From Octopus bimaculoides (lineage: Eukaryota), in NCBI RefSeq assembly GCF_001194135.2, contig NC_068991.1, positions 77,342,267 to 77,406,266 on the forward strand: a stretch of 64,000 bases of DNA, read 5' to 3'. Every line of letters begins with the position of its first letter. Positions within the stretch are counted from its first letter, which is position 1. The notes under the pieces were generated by a model. That model had not been told where the DNA came from. It ran no database searches and worked only from the letters and a program-made list of their open reading frames with translations. Below are positions 38,743 through 54,603 of this stretch, piece after piece. The translations under genes were made by a program, and so were the position numbers.

Positions 38743-39159
38743 ATGCTGCCTACTGAACACGAGTTATAGTTATGGAAACCTGCAATCATTTACTTTCCCT
38801 GACACACATTCATACGCACACATTTATAGGCACTGTTACACACGACAACCTGGTAGACTTATCCACCCTTACACTGGGCACTCATAATTATGCATGTCCC
38901 GAAACCAGCAATTCATCGCTAAACATACAATTTAAAAATTACAAACACTTACACAAATGAACAAAAACATACACATCCACGTATACATATATATATATAT
39001 ATATATATATTCATGGTTAAAAGGGACACATAGCCATTGCGAGAGACACACGCTGCCTTTAACATGCGTATCTTTTGAGCTGTACCTTATCCCCAGCCTC
39101 GAGTCTTCCTTACGCGCTCGTGCACAGCACCAATATGCACAGCTACATCAACCGTTTGC

Positions 39160-40203
39160 TCTGGTCCATATTTGCCACTGAACAGAAACACCAACAGCAT
39201 CACCACTTCTCTCAACGTTAACGCCACCTCCACCATCACACCCACGACCACCACTACTTTTACCATCATTACCAATACCACAAGTCACCGCAGCCACCAC
39301 TGCTACCATCATACCCCCCCCACACACACACACTCCCTGTTGTCATCACCAAAATACCATTGCTAACTAAACAGTTACCATCAACAACTCAACCATGACA
39401 ATCACCACCGTTGACAATAGCATCCCTTCTATCACCCAGATAACAACAACAACAACAACAGCTGTAAGCCAATGCGGGAGCCTCTACATGGTCCCTCAGT
39501 TCGCTAGAAACAGCAGCTGGGTCTCCCTGAAATCACTCACCTGCCATTTTAAATAGGAAAGAAGAAGAAAAACAAAAAAATCATTGGATAATGTAGTCGT
39601 AGACACTCATAAAAAGAAGTCAGGTTGGTCATGGCTGGAATGTCTTTGCTTCAAAGTCTGCTCAGCCAGGGCTGACCTAGGGCATGCATACCTACAACAC
39701 TTCTTCTTTCACCATTCGCTATGCCTCCTCCTCCTCTTCCTTCTCCCCCCCTCCTCTTCCTCCTACCCTTGCAACAGTGCAACAGTACACTGTCCGCCAT
39801 AATCGTGCAGTTCCCTGTCTTCATCCCTGACTGCAGTTCACATCGCTTCGCTTGCTAACTTGCCTCTGCCGTCATCTCCAATAACAACAGCATCATCATC
39901 GTCGCCGTCGTCATCATTACCACCGCCGCCGCCGTCATCGGCATCATCATCGTCATCATCATCAGCATTAACAACAACAACAACTACAACAATAGCAGTA
40001 ACAAGTCAATAGTGGTAGCAACAACAGCACCAGCAGCAGCAGTAGAAACAACAATGATATCAATAGCAGCAGCTGTTACAATGGTACCAATAGCTGTGGT
40101 TACTACATCAAANNNNNNNNNNAGCAGTAGAAACAACAATGATATCAATAGCAGCAGCTGTTACAATGGTACCAATAGCTGTGGTTACTACATCAAAACC
40201 TTG

Positions 40204-40242
<39 letters not shown>

Positions 40243-40647
40243 GCATCACCTACAACAACAACAACAACTGCAGAGCGCAGGATCGGAGCCATTGGTAGCA
40301 ACTGCGGCAGCAACAGCTACGCTAATAGAAACAGCAAGAGTAAAGACGACAACAACAACAGCATTTATAGTAATGTCATCAACAGCAGCAGCAGCAGCAG
40401 CAGCGAAATCTACCACATCGGCAGTAACAGCACCATCGGCAATGACAGCAGCAGAAATGTAAACGGCAATAAGTGCAAGAACATTATTAGCTGTAATAAC
40501 AACAAACAGCGGCAGCAGCAGCAGCAGCAGCAGAAGCAGCAGCAGCGGCAGCAGCGGCAACTGTGCCAGTAATATCAACAGCGGTACCGAGAGCCGACAG
40601 CAGCAACAGCAGAGGCAGCAACAGCAGTGTTAACTGGAGCAACAACA

Positions 40648-40680
<33 letters not shown>

Positions 40681-40860
40681 GCAGCAGCAGCAGCAGCAGC
40701 AGTGATAGCTCTGATGATCAGAACAGCAGCATTGCAAGGCGGCGGCGGCGGCAGCAGCAACAGCACCAGCAGCAATCACAACAACAACAGCAGCAACAGG
40801 CATAGCAACAGCAACGTAGATAGAAAACAACAACAACAGCAACAACAAATTAACAGTAGA
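39160..40860 (+). repeat. Long compound trinucleotide low-complexity region (CAC, CAT, CAA, CAG, CTA, CGG)
   Basis: Direct reading. It gives homopolymer-rich ORFs in several frames. Confidence 0.85.
39480..39700 (+). mobile_element. SINE 3' fragment (family E here); a further copy is at 9410-9610
   Basis: Both copies share GGGAGC...GCAGC...AAATCAC...GGTCATGGCTGGAATGTCTTT. Confidence 0.6.
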
Positions 40861-40864
40861 CGTA

Positions 40865-43993
<3,129 letters not shown>

Positions 43994-44046
43994 GTATCTA
44001 TCTCTGTATGTGTGTGTGTGTGTGTGTATGAATGCATGTATGTATG

Positions 44047-44101
<55 letters not shown>

Positions 44102-44257
44102 ATTTGTATATGTGCGTGTCTCTCTAAATGTGTGTATATGGAGATAGCTTGATCGACAGATGTATGCATTCATATTCATCATTTCTTCATCTTTTGCTCC
44201 TATTTCTTTCCTCTCTTTCATCCCTTTCTTCTTCATCTCACAAACGCAACACAAACG

Positions 44258-44331
<74 letters not shown>

Positions 44332-44890
44332 ATGCATACGCAAGCCAACACATGTCCCATCATTCCGTTCTTATATGCTGTTTACTGTTTTGTCCGAGAC
44401 AAATATAAATTACAATGGTTCCTGGTTTCTTTACTGCTTCGTTGTACTACTTTCTCTTTGGGCAGCTTTCAAAATTTTTGGGAAAAAATTGTCAAGAATT
44501 ATGTTCTTTATGCAATTATCACTAATCATTGTCATAATCATCATCATCATTCTCTTTAGTGTCAGCATTTTCATTCACTTTGTCACAATCATCATTACCA
44601 ACATGATTTCATGACGAACCCTTCCCCCAACCCTCCTCCTCCTCCTCATCATCATCATTATCATCACCTCCTCTTCATTTGAAGTGTTGGACCGAATGAT
44701 ATGTGTTAGACGAAGGAGTTTTCGTATTTCTCATTTCAAATCATATCAGGAGTGTATTTTTTTTTTTTTTGAATTGAGAAAGAGATAAAATAATATGCTT
44801 CAAAATATTAGTGGAGATTTCAACTTTGCTTAAGTTTCCTCTTACAAAGATAGAATTATTATCATCATCATCATTATTATTATTATTGCT

Positions 44891-45107
44891 AAAGTGGGAT
44901 GCTGGCAGGATTGTTAGTACGCTAGGGAAATTGCTTAGCAGCATTTCATCTGCTGCTATGTTCTGAGTTCAAATTCTGCCGAGGTCGACTTTGCCTTTCA
45001 TCCTTTTGGGGTTGATAAAATAAGTACCAGTTGCATACTGGGGTCGATGTAATCGACTTACCCCATCCCCAAAATTTCAAACCTTGTGCCTGTAATAGAA
45101 AGGATTA
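44891..45107 (+). mobile_element. tRNA-derived SINE (family B here)
   Basis: GCTGGCAGGATTGTTAG...GAGTTCAAATTCTGCCGAGGTCGACTTTGCCTTTCATCC...GGGGTCGATGTAATCGACT...CCTTGTGCCTGTAATAGAAAGGATTATCATC. Confidence 0.88.
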
Positions 45108-45149
45108 TCATCATCATCATCATCACTGCCATCATCATCATCACAGTCG

Positions 45150-45185
<36 letters not shown>

Positions 45186-45210
45186 ACAAATAACGATAAT
45201 AACAATAATA

Positions 45211-45430
45211 ATGATTTCAAATTTTTGGCACAAGGACAACAAGTTTGAGGGAGGGGGCAAGTTGATTCCATTGACCCCCAGTGTCCCAGCTCACACTTAT
45301 TTTATCGACCCTGAAAGGATGAAAGGCAAAGTCAGCCTTGGTGGAATTTGAACTCAGAACAGAGAGACAGAGGAAAAGCCATGAAGCATTTTTGCCCAGC
45401 ATGCTAACGATTCTGTCTGTTCATTGCCTC
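45211..45430 (-). mobile_element. SINE family B, inverted partner of 44891-45107
   Basis: GGATGAAAGGCAAAGTCAGCCTTGGTGGAATTTGAACTCAGAAC...CTAACGATTCTG is the reverse complement of the family B head and body. Confidence 0.88.
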
Positions 45431-45433
45431 AAT

Positions 45434-45467
<34 letters not shown>

Positions 45468-45823
45468 CAGTAGTTGTTGTTTAGTTTCAGATCTGTCTTA
45501 ATCTTGTAGGATTATGATCAATGGTACTTCAGCCATAACCATCGTCTTTTATTTTTTTCTCTCTCCTCCAGACATCATCATCATCGTTGTCTGTCTGCTT
45601 TCCATGCTGGCATGGGTTGGACGGTGGATATAAAACCATGCTTGTCAATGAGTCCTTTGTGTTTTTTTTAAAAGCTATTTAATTTAACCAGTTGCAGTTT
45701 AAGGCATGAGATTGCATTGTTGAATGGTAGGACTGAAAAATAATCTCCAGTGTAAAGACTTATGTTAAAAGCATGGATGCAGAAGAGATGATGTTACATT
45801 CTTAAAAATACATAAATGTCTGT

Positions 45824-46030
45824 GGCAAGCATGGCTGTGTGGTTTAGAAGTTCCTTTAGCAACTATATGGTTTCAGGTTCAACTCCATTGTGCAGTGCCT
45901 TGGGCAAGCATCTTCTAATTTGTCTTGGCAGGTATTGAAAAGATGTCCATTGTATGAGTGTGTGCGGATGGGTGTAAGTGAGTGGGCGTGAGTGTGTGTT
46001 GCTGTCTCCTTCTCTCAACATACTGCCCCA
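45824..46030 (+). mobile_element. SINE family A, diverged 5' part
   Basis: ATGGCTGTGTGGTTTAG (A box), GGTTCAACTCC (B box), CCTTGGGCAAGCATCTTC. Confidence 0.65.
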
Positions 46031-46259
46031 AGTGTAATCAAACATCATCATCACACAAGTGGGGCTTTTTATCTGCAATCTTCCGGGAAAACATGTTTGG
46101 ACTGGTGGAAAATAATGTTTTATAATAATAATAATGAAATTATTGTGTACAGTGCTCAGGTGAATTACAGCTCATCAAAGGTGCATGTACAGTACATAGA
46201 ATTATGTACAAAAGTCAGAAAGGTGAATAGTGAAGGAGTCATGATATACATGTGTGCAT

Positions 46260-46620
46260 GTGTATGGAGAGTGGGGTATATCAGGTGTCATGCTGGTGAA
46301 TTTCAGGAAGCATGGAGGTTTTAAAGGATGCAAATTCTTGGCAACTAACAACTGATGCAGGTAGTTTGTTCCATGCTTCAGCAACTCTGAGTGTGAAAAA
46401 GAATGGATCCGAAAATCATGGAAGCTGTGCTGTTTTCTGACTTTGTAGACCTGCCCACATGTGTTAGACACATGGAGCTCAAAAAGGTGCTCAAGGTGGC
46501 TATTGGTACGATGGTTAATAGTTCTGCTGGGAAACAGGTGAGGGTCGGTGACAAGAAAAGGCTTTGGAATATCAGCATCAATGATTTGTGTCCAATCTGT
46601 GCAATCATAAAAAAATAGAT
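46260..46620 (-). pseudogene. CR1-like LINE 3' end relic
   Basis: The minus strand reads EHLFELHVSNTCGQVYKVRKQHSFHDFR, then (frameshift) FTLRVAEAWNKLPASVVSCQEFASFKTSML, matching the CR1-type TRGH..KL...R...F..RV...WN.LP..VV motif. Confidence 0.75.
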
Positions 46621-47203
46621 GCTGAAAGGATGATGGTGAAGATAGCTGTATTCAAGGATTGCATTATATAAGAGGATAAAATGTATCACTGAATTTTACT
46701 GCTTAAATAAATATGGTTGTTTCATGGATCTTTGAGCACAGTTGAAATTTTACTGGTTATTGAAATTCATCCTGCCACTGTCACAAAATAATTAATAGGA
46801 TGCGGTTGATTAAAAGAGCTCTTTTGATACTTTCAGGCATTCAATTAGAGCTGTGCTTTGGTGCTGTCATCATGGTTTTTAGTGGATTATATTGTCTATG
46901 GTGTTTTATATGGTATTTATTTCATGTTGGAGGAAGGAAAGACAAAATTCACTTGGAATGTTTTAAACTACTCAGAATATAAAGGGATGTAACTAAATAC
47001 CACAAGGTATATTCTTTTTATGCTCTAAAGTTATGGCTTGGCTTCATTTCTTAAGTACTTGATTTCTCTCATTTCTTCTTTGGTAAGATGGCTTTTCTTT
47101 TTAGTTCCTACAATAATGTATTAATTTCATTTCAAAATGGTACAATATTCTACAAACCAGGAGAAACATCTCAGCTCCAATATAATATAATGATTACGAA
47201 AAT

Positions 47204-47501
47204 GTGAAGGCACATGGCCAAGTGGTGTGGTGTATTGCACTAATGATGACTAGATCATGGGTCCAGTTCCTGGACCAGGGGGCATATTGTGTTCTTGAGC
47301 AAAACACTTTATTTCCTGTTCTCCAGTCCACTCGGCTGTAAATGGGTCACCCTGTGGACAGAATAATAGCCTTCCAATCAGAGGGAATGTTGGCCAGCTT
47401 GCCTAGCCAATGGGGTGGCATCATTTGAAAGCTAAAACAATGTGAAGCACGTTGTGACCAGCGATGTATAACAACATTCTTTAGTCTGGTTGATACTGGG
47501 A
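47204..47501 (+). mobile_element. tRNA-derived SINE (family D-like) with 11-bp target-site duplication
   Basis: ATGGCCAAGTGG (A box), GGTCCAGTTCC (B-box-like), GTGTTCTTGAGCAAAACACTTTATTTC. ATTACGAAAAT occurs at 47193-47203 and 47502-47512. Confidence 0.85.
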
Positions 47502-47851
47502 ATTACGAAAATACCGTATTTTGTTCATCCAATAGAGGAATTTCATCAAGATACTGTGTGTGTGTGTATATATATATCTCACAAAAATACGTTAGAAAAC
47601 CACATCAAAGTATGTGCAACTGTTTGAAAGACTAAAAGTTTTAGCTTGATGAAAGTGTTATACAGCAAAGCTTCAAAGTCACTGTCAATGTTTGCTTTGT
47701 AAATTTATATATCATCATCATCACCACCACCACCACCACCATCATTTACCATCTGTTTTCTATGCTGGCATGGGTTTGACAGTTTGACATGGAGCTGGTC
47801 AGCTGGAAGCTGTCCAGATTCCAAACTCCAATTATATATATATATATATAC

Positions 47852-47894
<43 letters not shown>

Positions 47895-48847
47895 AATCAT
47901 ATGCAGATACACACACACATATAATTATATAATACACACATACATAATAAATATACATACTTACACATATTATCATCGTTACTTTGATGTCTTGCATTTC
48001 TACCCAGGCATGGATTGGATAGGACATTTTGAAGCAGTCACCTTCCCGATACCAGTATGTGCTTGCAGTAACCATGGAAATTCCATAGTTATTTTCAAAA
48101 CTATAAGATTAAGCATTATTCTAGAATTCTCAGCTGAGTGAGGCAGCTTTTGAACTCCATTCAGTGGGTCCATGTGTTTAAGTTCAGCAATTTGTGGATG
48201 TCTCTGATATGAAATATAAGGATGTAAGTACAGAATATTGAGATTTATTAAAGAATTACATATATCGACCATTGCAGAATACGTTTTAGAAGATTAACTA
48301 TGGAATGCAATTGATGATATAATCTATCTGCAATATTAATATTCTGCTACAGAACTGCTATAGTAATAATGCCTTAGCAAATTTAATCTGCAGTACTAGA
48401 TTTGTTTTTTCATATCAAAGTAAAGTGCATAAGGTTGGATCTGAAGGTGCAACTGCAGTAAAGGAAGAATGGTAGCTGCCCTCTGAGCTGTGGAGTCATT
48501 AAAAACAAAATATTTCACTTAGATATACATATGACTCAATCAATCAATCAATATGCGTGTGTGTGCACATGTACATATAGATATATATATACATACACAC
48601 ACATATATATGTATATACATACATATATATATACATACATACACACACATACATACACACTCATATGCACACACCCACACCCACACCCACCCACACACAT
48701 GTGTGAGAAATGAAAACGAGGTAAGAGAAACAGCTCGGTGTGGCCAGTATCATGAAGTAAATGCAAGATGGACCCTTGATCTGTTGCCTTTGAGAAACAA
48801 TAAACAAATACTTTTGGCAATTACAACTGACTCTGAATAAGAATGGA

Positions 48848-48891
<44 letters not shown>

Positions 48892-49416
48892 GGATGCCAT
48901 NNNNNNNNNNNNNNNNNNNNNNNNNNNNNNNNNNNNNNNNNNNNNNNNNNNNNNNNNNNNNNNNNNNNNNNNNNNNNNNNNNNNNNNNNNNNNNNNNNNN
49001 NNNNNNNNNNNNNNNNNNNNNNNNNNNNNNNNNNNNNNNNNNNNNNNNNNNNNNNNNNNNNNNNNNNNNNNNNNNNNNNNNNNNNNNNNNNNNNNNNNNN
49101 NNNNNNNNNNNNNNNNNNNNNNNNNNNNNNNNNNNNNNNNNNNNNNNNNNNNNNNNNNNNNNNNNNNNNNNNNNNNNNNNNNNNNNNNNNNNNNNNNNNN
49201 NNNNNNNNNNNNNNNNNNNNNNNNNNNNNNNNNNNNNNNNNNNNNNNNNNNNNNNNNNNNNNNNNNNNNNNNNNNNNNNNNNNNNNNNNNNNNNNNNNNN
49301 AGCTCGGTGTGGCCAGTATCATGAAGTAAATGCAAGATGGACCCTTGATCTGTTGCCTTTGAGAAACAATAAACAAATACTTTTGGCAATTACAACTGAC
49401 TCTGAATAAGAATGGA

Positions 49417-49460
<44 letters not shown>

Positions 49461-49469
49461 GGATGCCAT

Positions 49470-49640
49470 GTGGTCCAGTATTTAAGGTGCTGGTTTCTTG
49501 ACCATAAGGCATAGGTTCAATTCCCACACTGGACCCATGATTCAATCCTTGAATAATGCACTTCATTTCCCATTGCTTCAGCAGTATCTACGAGTTAATT
49601 TTGTGGTGGAGGGGCATCCTATCCAGGAGTCTTTTGGATT
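49470..49640 (+). mobile_element. Diverged tRNA-derived SINE 5' part
   Basis: GTGGTCCAGTATTTAAGG...GGTTCAATTCCC (B box)...CCTTGAATAATGCACTTCATTTC. Confidence 0.55.
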
Positions 49641-49730
49641 TGTCACCAATGTTTACGCATCAAACACATATACAGAATGACAAAAAAAAATCAAACAAAA
49701 CTGAAACTTAAATGCAGTATGCATGTGAGC

Positions 49731-49791
<61 letters not shown>

Positions 49792-49985
49792 CATGCATGC
49801 GTGAGTGAGTCGTATGAATTTCTTTATCGATCTGTGCATACACACACAAACACATCTANNNNNNNNNNNNNNNNNNNNNNNNNNNNNNNNNNNNNNNNNN
49901 NNNNNNNNNNNNNNNNNNNNNNNNNNNNNNNNNNNNNNNNNNNNNNNNNNNNNNNNNNNNACTTAAATGCAGTATGCATGTGAGC

Positions 49986-50046
<61 letters not shown>

Positions 50047-50664
50047 CATGCATGCGTGAGTGAGTCGTATGAATTTCTTTATCGATCTGTGCATACACAC
50101 ACAAACACATCTAACATTACTAGTTTCTTTTTAATGATTTCATAACAAACACTCAGTGCAACAGAACATTATAAAACAGTGAAATATACTCTAACTGGCA
50201 CAGATAAATTAGGAGGTGTTGTTCAGTCGTGGATTTCTTTAGAAATAACATCTGGAAAAAAAAAAGAAAAGAAAAAAATTGAGAAATTGCAAAATTGTTA
50301 CTGGAGTAGGATTACTCCAAAGTTATTTATGTCACCTGTTATATACTCACACAGGCAGGCACGCATGCATGCATACACACACACACATGCATACATAGCA
50401 GGTTTATTTCTGTAATTATTGGGGCTATATAACACACTGCCTAAATACCAATCTTGAAAAATTAGGCTTTTCAAAACCAGAAAGGAGAAAGCTAATTCGA
50501 AGACTACAGATCCACTCCATCACTGGAACTGTAAAGATCTGTAAAACTTTCCAGAAGTTTATCATTTAAATATATATAAGCATCTCTAGATATGCAACTA
50601 TATGCATAAGAAGACATACATAAAACATACAAATCTGCATATACACACATGCATATATACATGC

Positions 50665-50870
50665 ATCAACCCTAATATTTGACTGGTACTTTATTTTATT
50701 GACCTCAGGAGTATGAAAGGCAAAGTTGACCTCATTAGGGATTTGATCTCAGAATGCAAAGGGTTGAAACAAATAAATAGTGGTTTCTGGTTCAGGTGTA
50801 CAAGGCCAACATTTTAAGGACAGGAGGTTAGTTGATATCATTGACCCCAGTAGTTGCTTGTTTGAACTCA
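50665..50870 (-). mobile_element. SINE family B fragments
   Basis: GACTGGTACTTTATTTTATTGACC...ATGAAAGGCAAAGTTGACC and TACAAGGCCAAC...ATTGACCCCAGT. Confidence 0.7.
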
Positions 50871-50986
50871 CACTAAGATCTGGGAAAATACTGCAAGTCA
50901 TTCTGATGTTGTAACAATTCTGACAACCCACAGAGCTCAATGCTGTTAATAATAATGATAACGATAATTCTTCTTCTTCTTATCAT

Positions 50987-51205
50987 TACTGGCAGAATTG
51001 TTGGCACACCGAGTGAAATGCATAGCAGTATTTTGTCCATCTTTACGTTCTGAGCTCAAATTTTGCTGAGGTCAACTTTGCCTTTCATTCTTTCAGGGTT
51101 GATAAATCAAGTACCAGTGAAACACTGGGGTCGATGTAATTGACTCATCCCCTCCCTCAAAATGGTTGTCCTTCTGGCAAAATTTGAAACCATTATTATT
51201 ATTAT
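50987..51205 (+). mobile_element. SINE family B
   Basis: CTGGCAGAATTGTTGG...GAGCTCAAATTTTGCTGAGGTCAACTTTGCCTTTCAT...GGGGTCGATGTAATTGACT. Confidence 0.85.
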
Positions 51206-51522
51206 TATATAACTGTTCAATATTTGGTAGACTGAGACAAATTTCTACTGCATCACCTGCTACAACTCCATGTTGCAGGGGTGTGTACAGCATTGTGTGT
51301 TCTTTTCTACAGTTGGGAGTGGGAAAACTCTTCCTGGTACTGTATTGCGTTAGTTTTTTTTCCCTTGAGGTGTGGTGCTATCTTTTGTTGCGTTACTGCT
51401 TGTATTGTGTGTTGAGTGTGTAATGCTTTGGTTTTCTAGCTTGCTGGTGGGAGTTTATTTCATTGGGTAAATGCTGTATAGAGTGTCCTGTATTTGTGGG
51501 CTGTTTTCTTTAGGTTGTATTA

Positions 51523-51554
51523 TTGAATTATTATTATTATTGTTGTTGTTGTTG

Positions 51555-51610
<56 letters not shown>
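51523..51610 (+). repeat. (TAT)n/(TGT)n microsatellite
   Basis: Direct reading. Confidence 0.95.
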
Positions 51611-51612
<2 letters not shown>

Positions 51613-51859
51613 TTTGCTACTAGAACAATACATAACAATTTTTATTGTACATTTATGTATGATACAATACTCAAATTACAAAATACAAATCAAACACATG
51701 AAGCAATACAAAAGATATATTGTTTTTATGCTTTTTTTATCCATGTACATATTTTGTTATTTAAATATCACATCTTTTATAAACTTACAATACAAACTGT
51801 GTATGTTTACATGTACATCCGCTCCCCACAACGAAGTATCTGTATTATTTTATATATAT

Positions 51860-51876
51860 AAATGTGTGTGTGTAGG

Positions 51877-51916
<40 letters not shown>

Positions 51917-52130
51917 CAGACAGAGAGACTGCTAGATAGATAGAGAGATAGAGAGATAGATAGATAGACAGACAGACAGACAGGTAAGTAGGTAGATAGG
52001 TAGATAGGTAGGTAGGTAGGTAGACAGACAGACAGACTAATAGATAAACAGACAGACAGACAGATAGATAAGTAGGTAGGTAGGTAGATAGGCAGGCAGA
52101 CAGACAGACAGACAGATAGGAAGGTAGCTG
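51860..52130 (+). repeat. Compound (AGAT)n/(AGAC)n/(AGGT)n microsatellite
   Basis: Direct reading. Confidence 0.95.
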
Positions 52131-52149
52131 TGAGACTCATTAGTACACA

Positions 52150-52570
52150 AGCCCCTCTTTATGCATATACATTCTAATGTGTACCTCGCATCTCACCTCT
52201 AGGATCCTCTATGGCCCTCTACATTGCAGTCAACACTAAGCTGGAGGTTTAAGGAAGTAACTCAACTGACCAACTGAAGACCATTTTAAAGGGGGAACAA
52301 TGTGGGTCTGTCAAGAGTGGAAGATGTCCACTGCATACATCAGCAGTTTTCTGCTGAAGGGAAGTTGAAGATATGGAGGAGAAACGCTTGAGTACTAACA
52401 GAAGAAACAAGAAAGTTCTTGCTGGTCTCTGGCCAAAGATTTACTTGTCCCATCTGCAATCAAAGTGTCTTATGTAGGATTGGGATGTACAATCTTGAAA
52501 GGATCCACAAAGGAAGGAGAAGATGGTTTTCACTGGAAATTGATGTACAACCACAAGCAAGCAATCGTAA
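52150..52570 (+). pseudogene. RTE-type LINE C-terminal relic
   Basis: RILYGPL...GG, DQLKTILKG, EEKRLST and a terminal knuckle FTCPICNQSVLCRIGMYNLERIH (RTE consensus C..C...C.SRIGL.SH.R.H). Confidence 0.7.
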
Positions 52571-52771
52571 GTAAACATTTACCTACCTCTCTGTCTGTCT
52601 GTCTGTCTGTTTGTCTTCTTGACTCTCACTCTGTCCATCAATCCAGCCATGCATCCATCTATTCCAGAGCAGGGACAGGTTTCTGAGTTGGGTTAGGGTT
52701 GGGGCTCTTGATTATAGAAAGGATTCACCATCAGCTATTGATTCTGTGGGAAATAAAATTAAAATAATAAA

Positions 52772-52970
52772 TATTGGCTTCAAATTTTGGAAACAAGGCT
52801 TGCAATTTCAGGGGGAGGGGTCAAGTCGATTCAATTGACCCCAGTATCCAACTGGTATCTATTTTATCAGCCCTGATAGAAAGCAAAGCAAAATTGACCA
52901 CAACAGATTTTGAATTCAGAATGTAAAGATGGACAAAATGCTGCTAACCATTCTGCCAGTTTGCTGCCTT
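52772..52970 (-). mobile_element. SINE family B
   Basis: CAAGTCGATTCAATTGACCCCAGT...TTTGAATTCAGAATG...CTAACCATTCTGCCAGTTTGCTGCC. Confidence 0.8.
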
Positions 52971-53135
52971 AAGAATTAAAGTCGATATAAAATAAAATCA
53001 TATATGCAAGGTAGTGAAGAGGAGAGGAAATTCATTGAAGCCTTATGAATCCTCAGCCTCAGCTACAAATCTCTCTCCCTCCCTTTCTTCTTCCTTCTCC
53101 CCCTGTCTCTCTCTATGTCTCTGTATCTATCTATT

Positions 53136-53557
53136 TCTTTTACTCTTTTAGTCATATGACTGCAGCCATGCTGGGGCACCGCCTTTAGTTGAACAAATTG
53201 ACCCCAAGACTTATTCTTTGTAAGCCTAATACTTATTCTATCGTTCTCTTTTGCCAAATTGCTAAGTTATGGGGACGTAAACACACCAACATCAGTTGTC
53301 AAGTGATGGTGGGGGGACAAACACAGACACACAAATATACACGCCTGCACACACACACACACACACATACATACACACACACACACATATATACGATGGG
53401 CTTCTTTCAGTTTCCGTCTACCAAATCCACTCACAAGGCTTTGGTTGTCCCGAGGCAATAGTAGAAGACACTTGCCCAAGGTACCATGCAGTGGGACTGA
53501 ACCTGGAATCATGTAGTTGCAAAGCAGGCTACTTACAACACAGGCATACCTGTGCCT
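53136..53557 (-). mobile_element. SINE family A, near full length
   Basis: Reverse complement of the 54604-54985 element along its whole length. Confidence 0.88.
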
Positions 53558-54603
53558 ATCTGTTTATCCATCCATCTATCTATTAGTCTATCTTTCAACA
53601 CATGAAAAGGACAAGAGTTACAGCTCTGGGGCCGGTGTACACCTTTGGGTATGGACATAAAATTGGTCTACCAAGTGACATTTAATTAGTCTCCATATCT
53701 GGCACCAGGAACCTGTTTTGACACCTCAAATAATAGAATTTGTTCCAACAAATTGTCGAAAAATCTACTAGAATTATACAAAAATCCTATCTTACCTCTC
53801 TACATCTATACACAAAATGAATTTTCTCAAAGAATTGAGAATAATAGAATTTATTTACTTTAAAAATGTCACGTAAAATATGTTTTGTTTAGTTAGAACA
53901 ATTCTCAATTGTGCATTACTGAACACATTCAAGTAATTATTGGCAAACTGTTTCAACTTTCAATATGTTATCCAATTAAATGAACAGATGTTAATCTTTG
54001 TTTAATCTTTTTTTTCCAAAATGATTTTGTTGATTGCTGAAAGCCTTTGTCCATTGAAGATTTCAAAGACTTGAAATACAGATAACATTTCTAAAATCTT
54101 AGTTTCTGGAGTTGATCCCCCAAAAATTCACCTTTTGGTACTTACACACCCACACACATACATACATGCGAGTTGAGCAGGTTGGTGCATGTATGTATGT
54201 GACAGGGATCAGTGGTTTTGTTGGACTATACCTCCAATACAACAATACACACATGCACCACACACACACACACACACACACACACAACACTCACACACAC
54301 AGACTCTGACACACACGCACACACAATGCTCATACACACATACACAACACACACATACACACACACACAAAGAATCAGTTAGCAAAGCTCTCCACAACTT
54401 CTTGGAGTTCTGGGCATATAAATCATGTACAGTAAGTCAGGCACAACATTTGGTGAATTACTGAAGCTGCATTTACTGCCCTCTCTTGAGACAAATTCTT
54501 ATTTTCCAAGGTGGGGTCAAATGCTTAGATTTATGACCAATCAAAGTTACTGGCTGGACTGCTGCTGTGGTGCAAGGCAGACCAAACTAGAAGCAAATGT
54601 ATA

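Noticed and set aside
40038-40197. 75-bp exact duplication
   Set aside because: Separated by a 10-N gap; probable assembly overlap.
48732-49469. About 170-bp direct duplication (48732-48900 and 49301-49469)
   Set aside because: The copies directly flank a 400-N gap and contain a (GT)n. Most likely unmerged contig ends.
49706-50113. About 150-bp direct duplication
   Set aside because: Flanks an N gap; probable assembly overlap.
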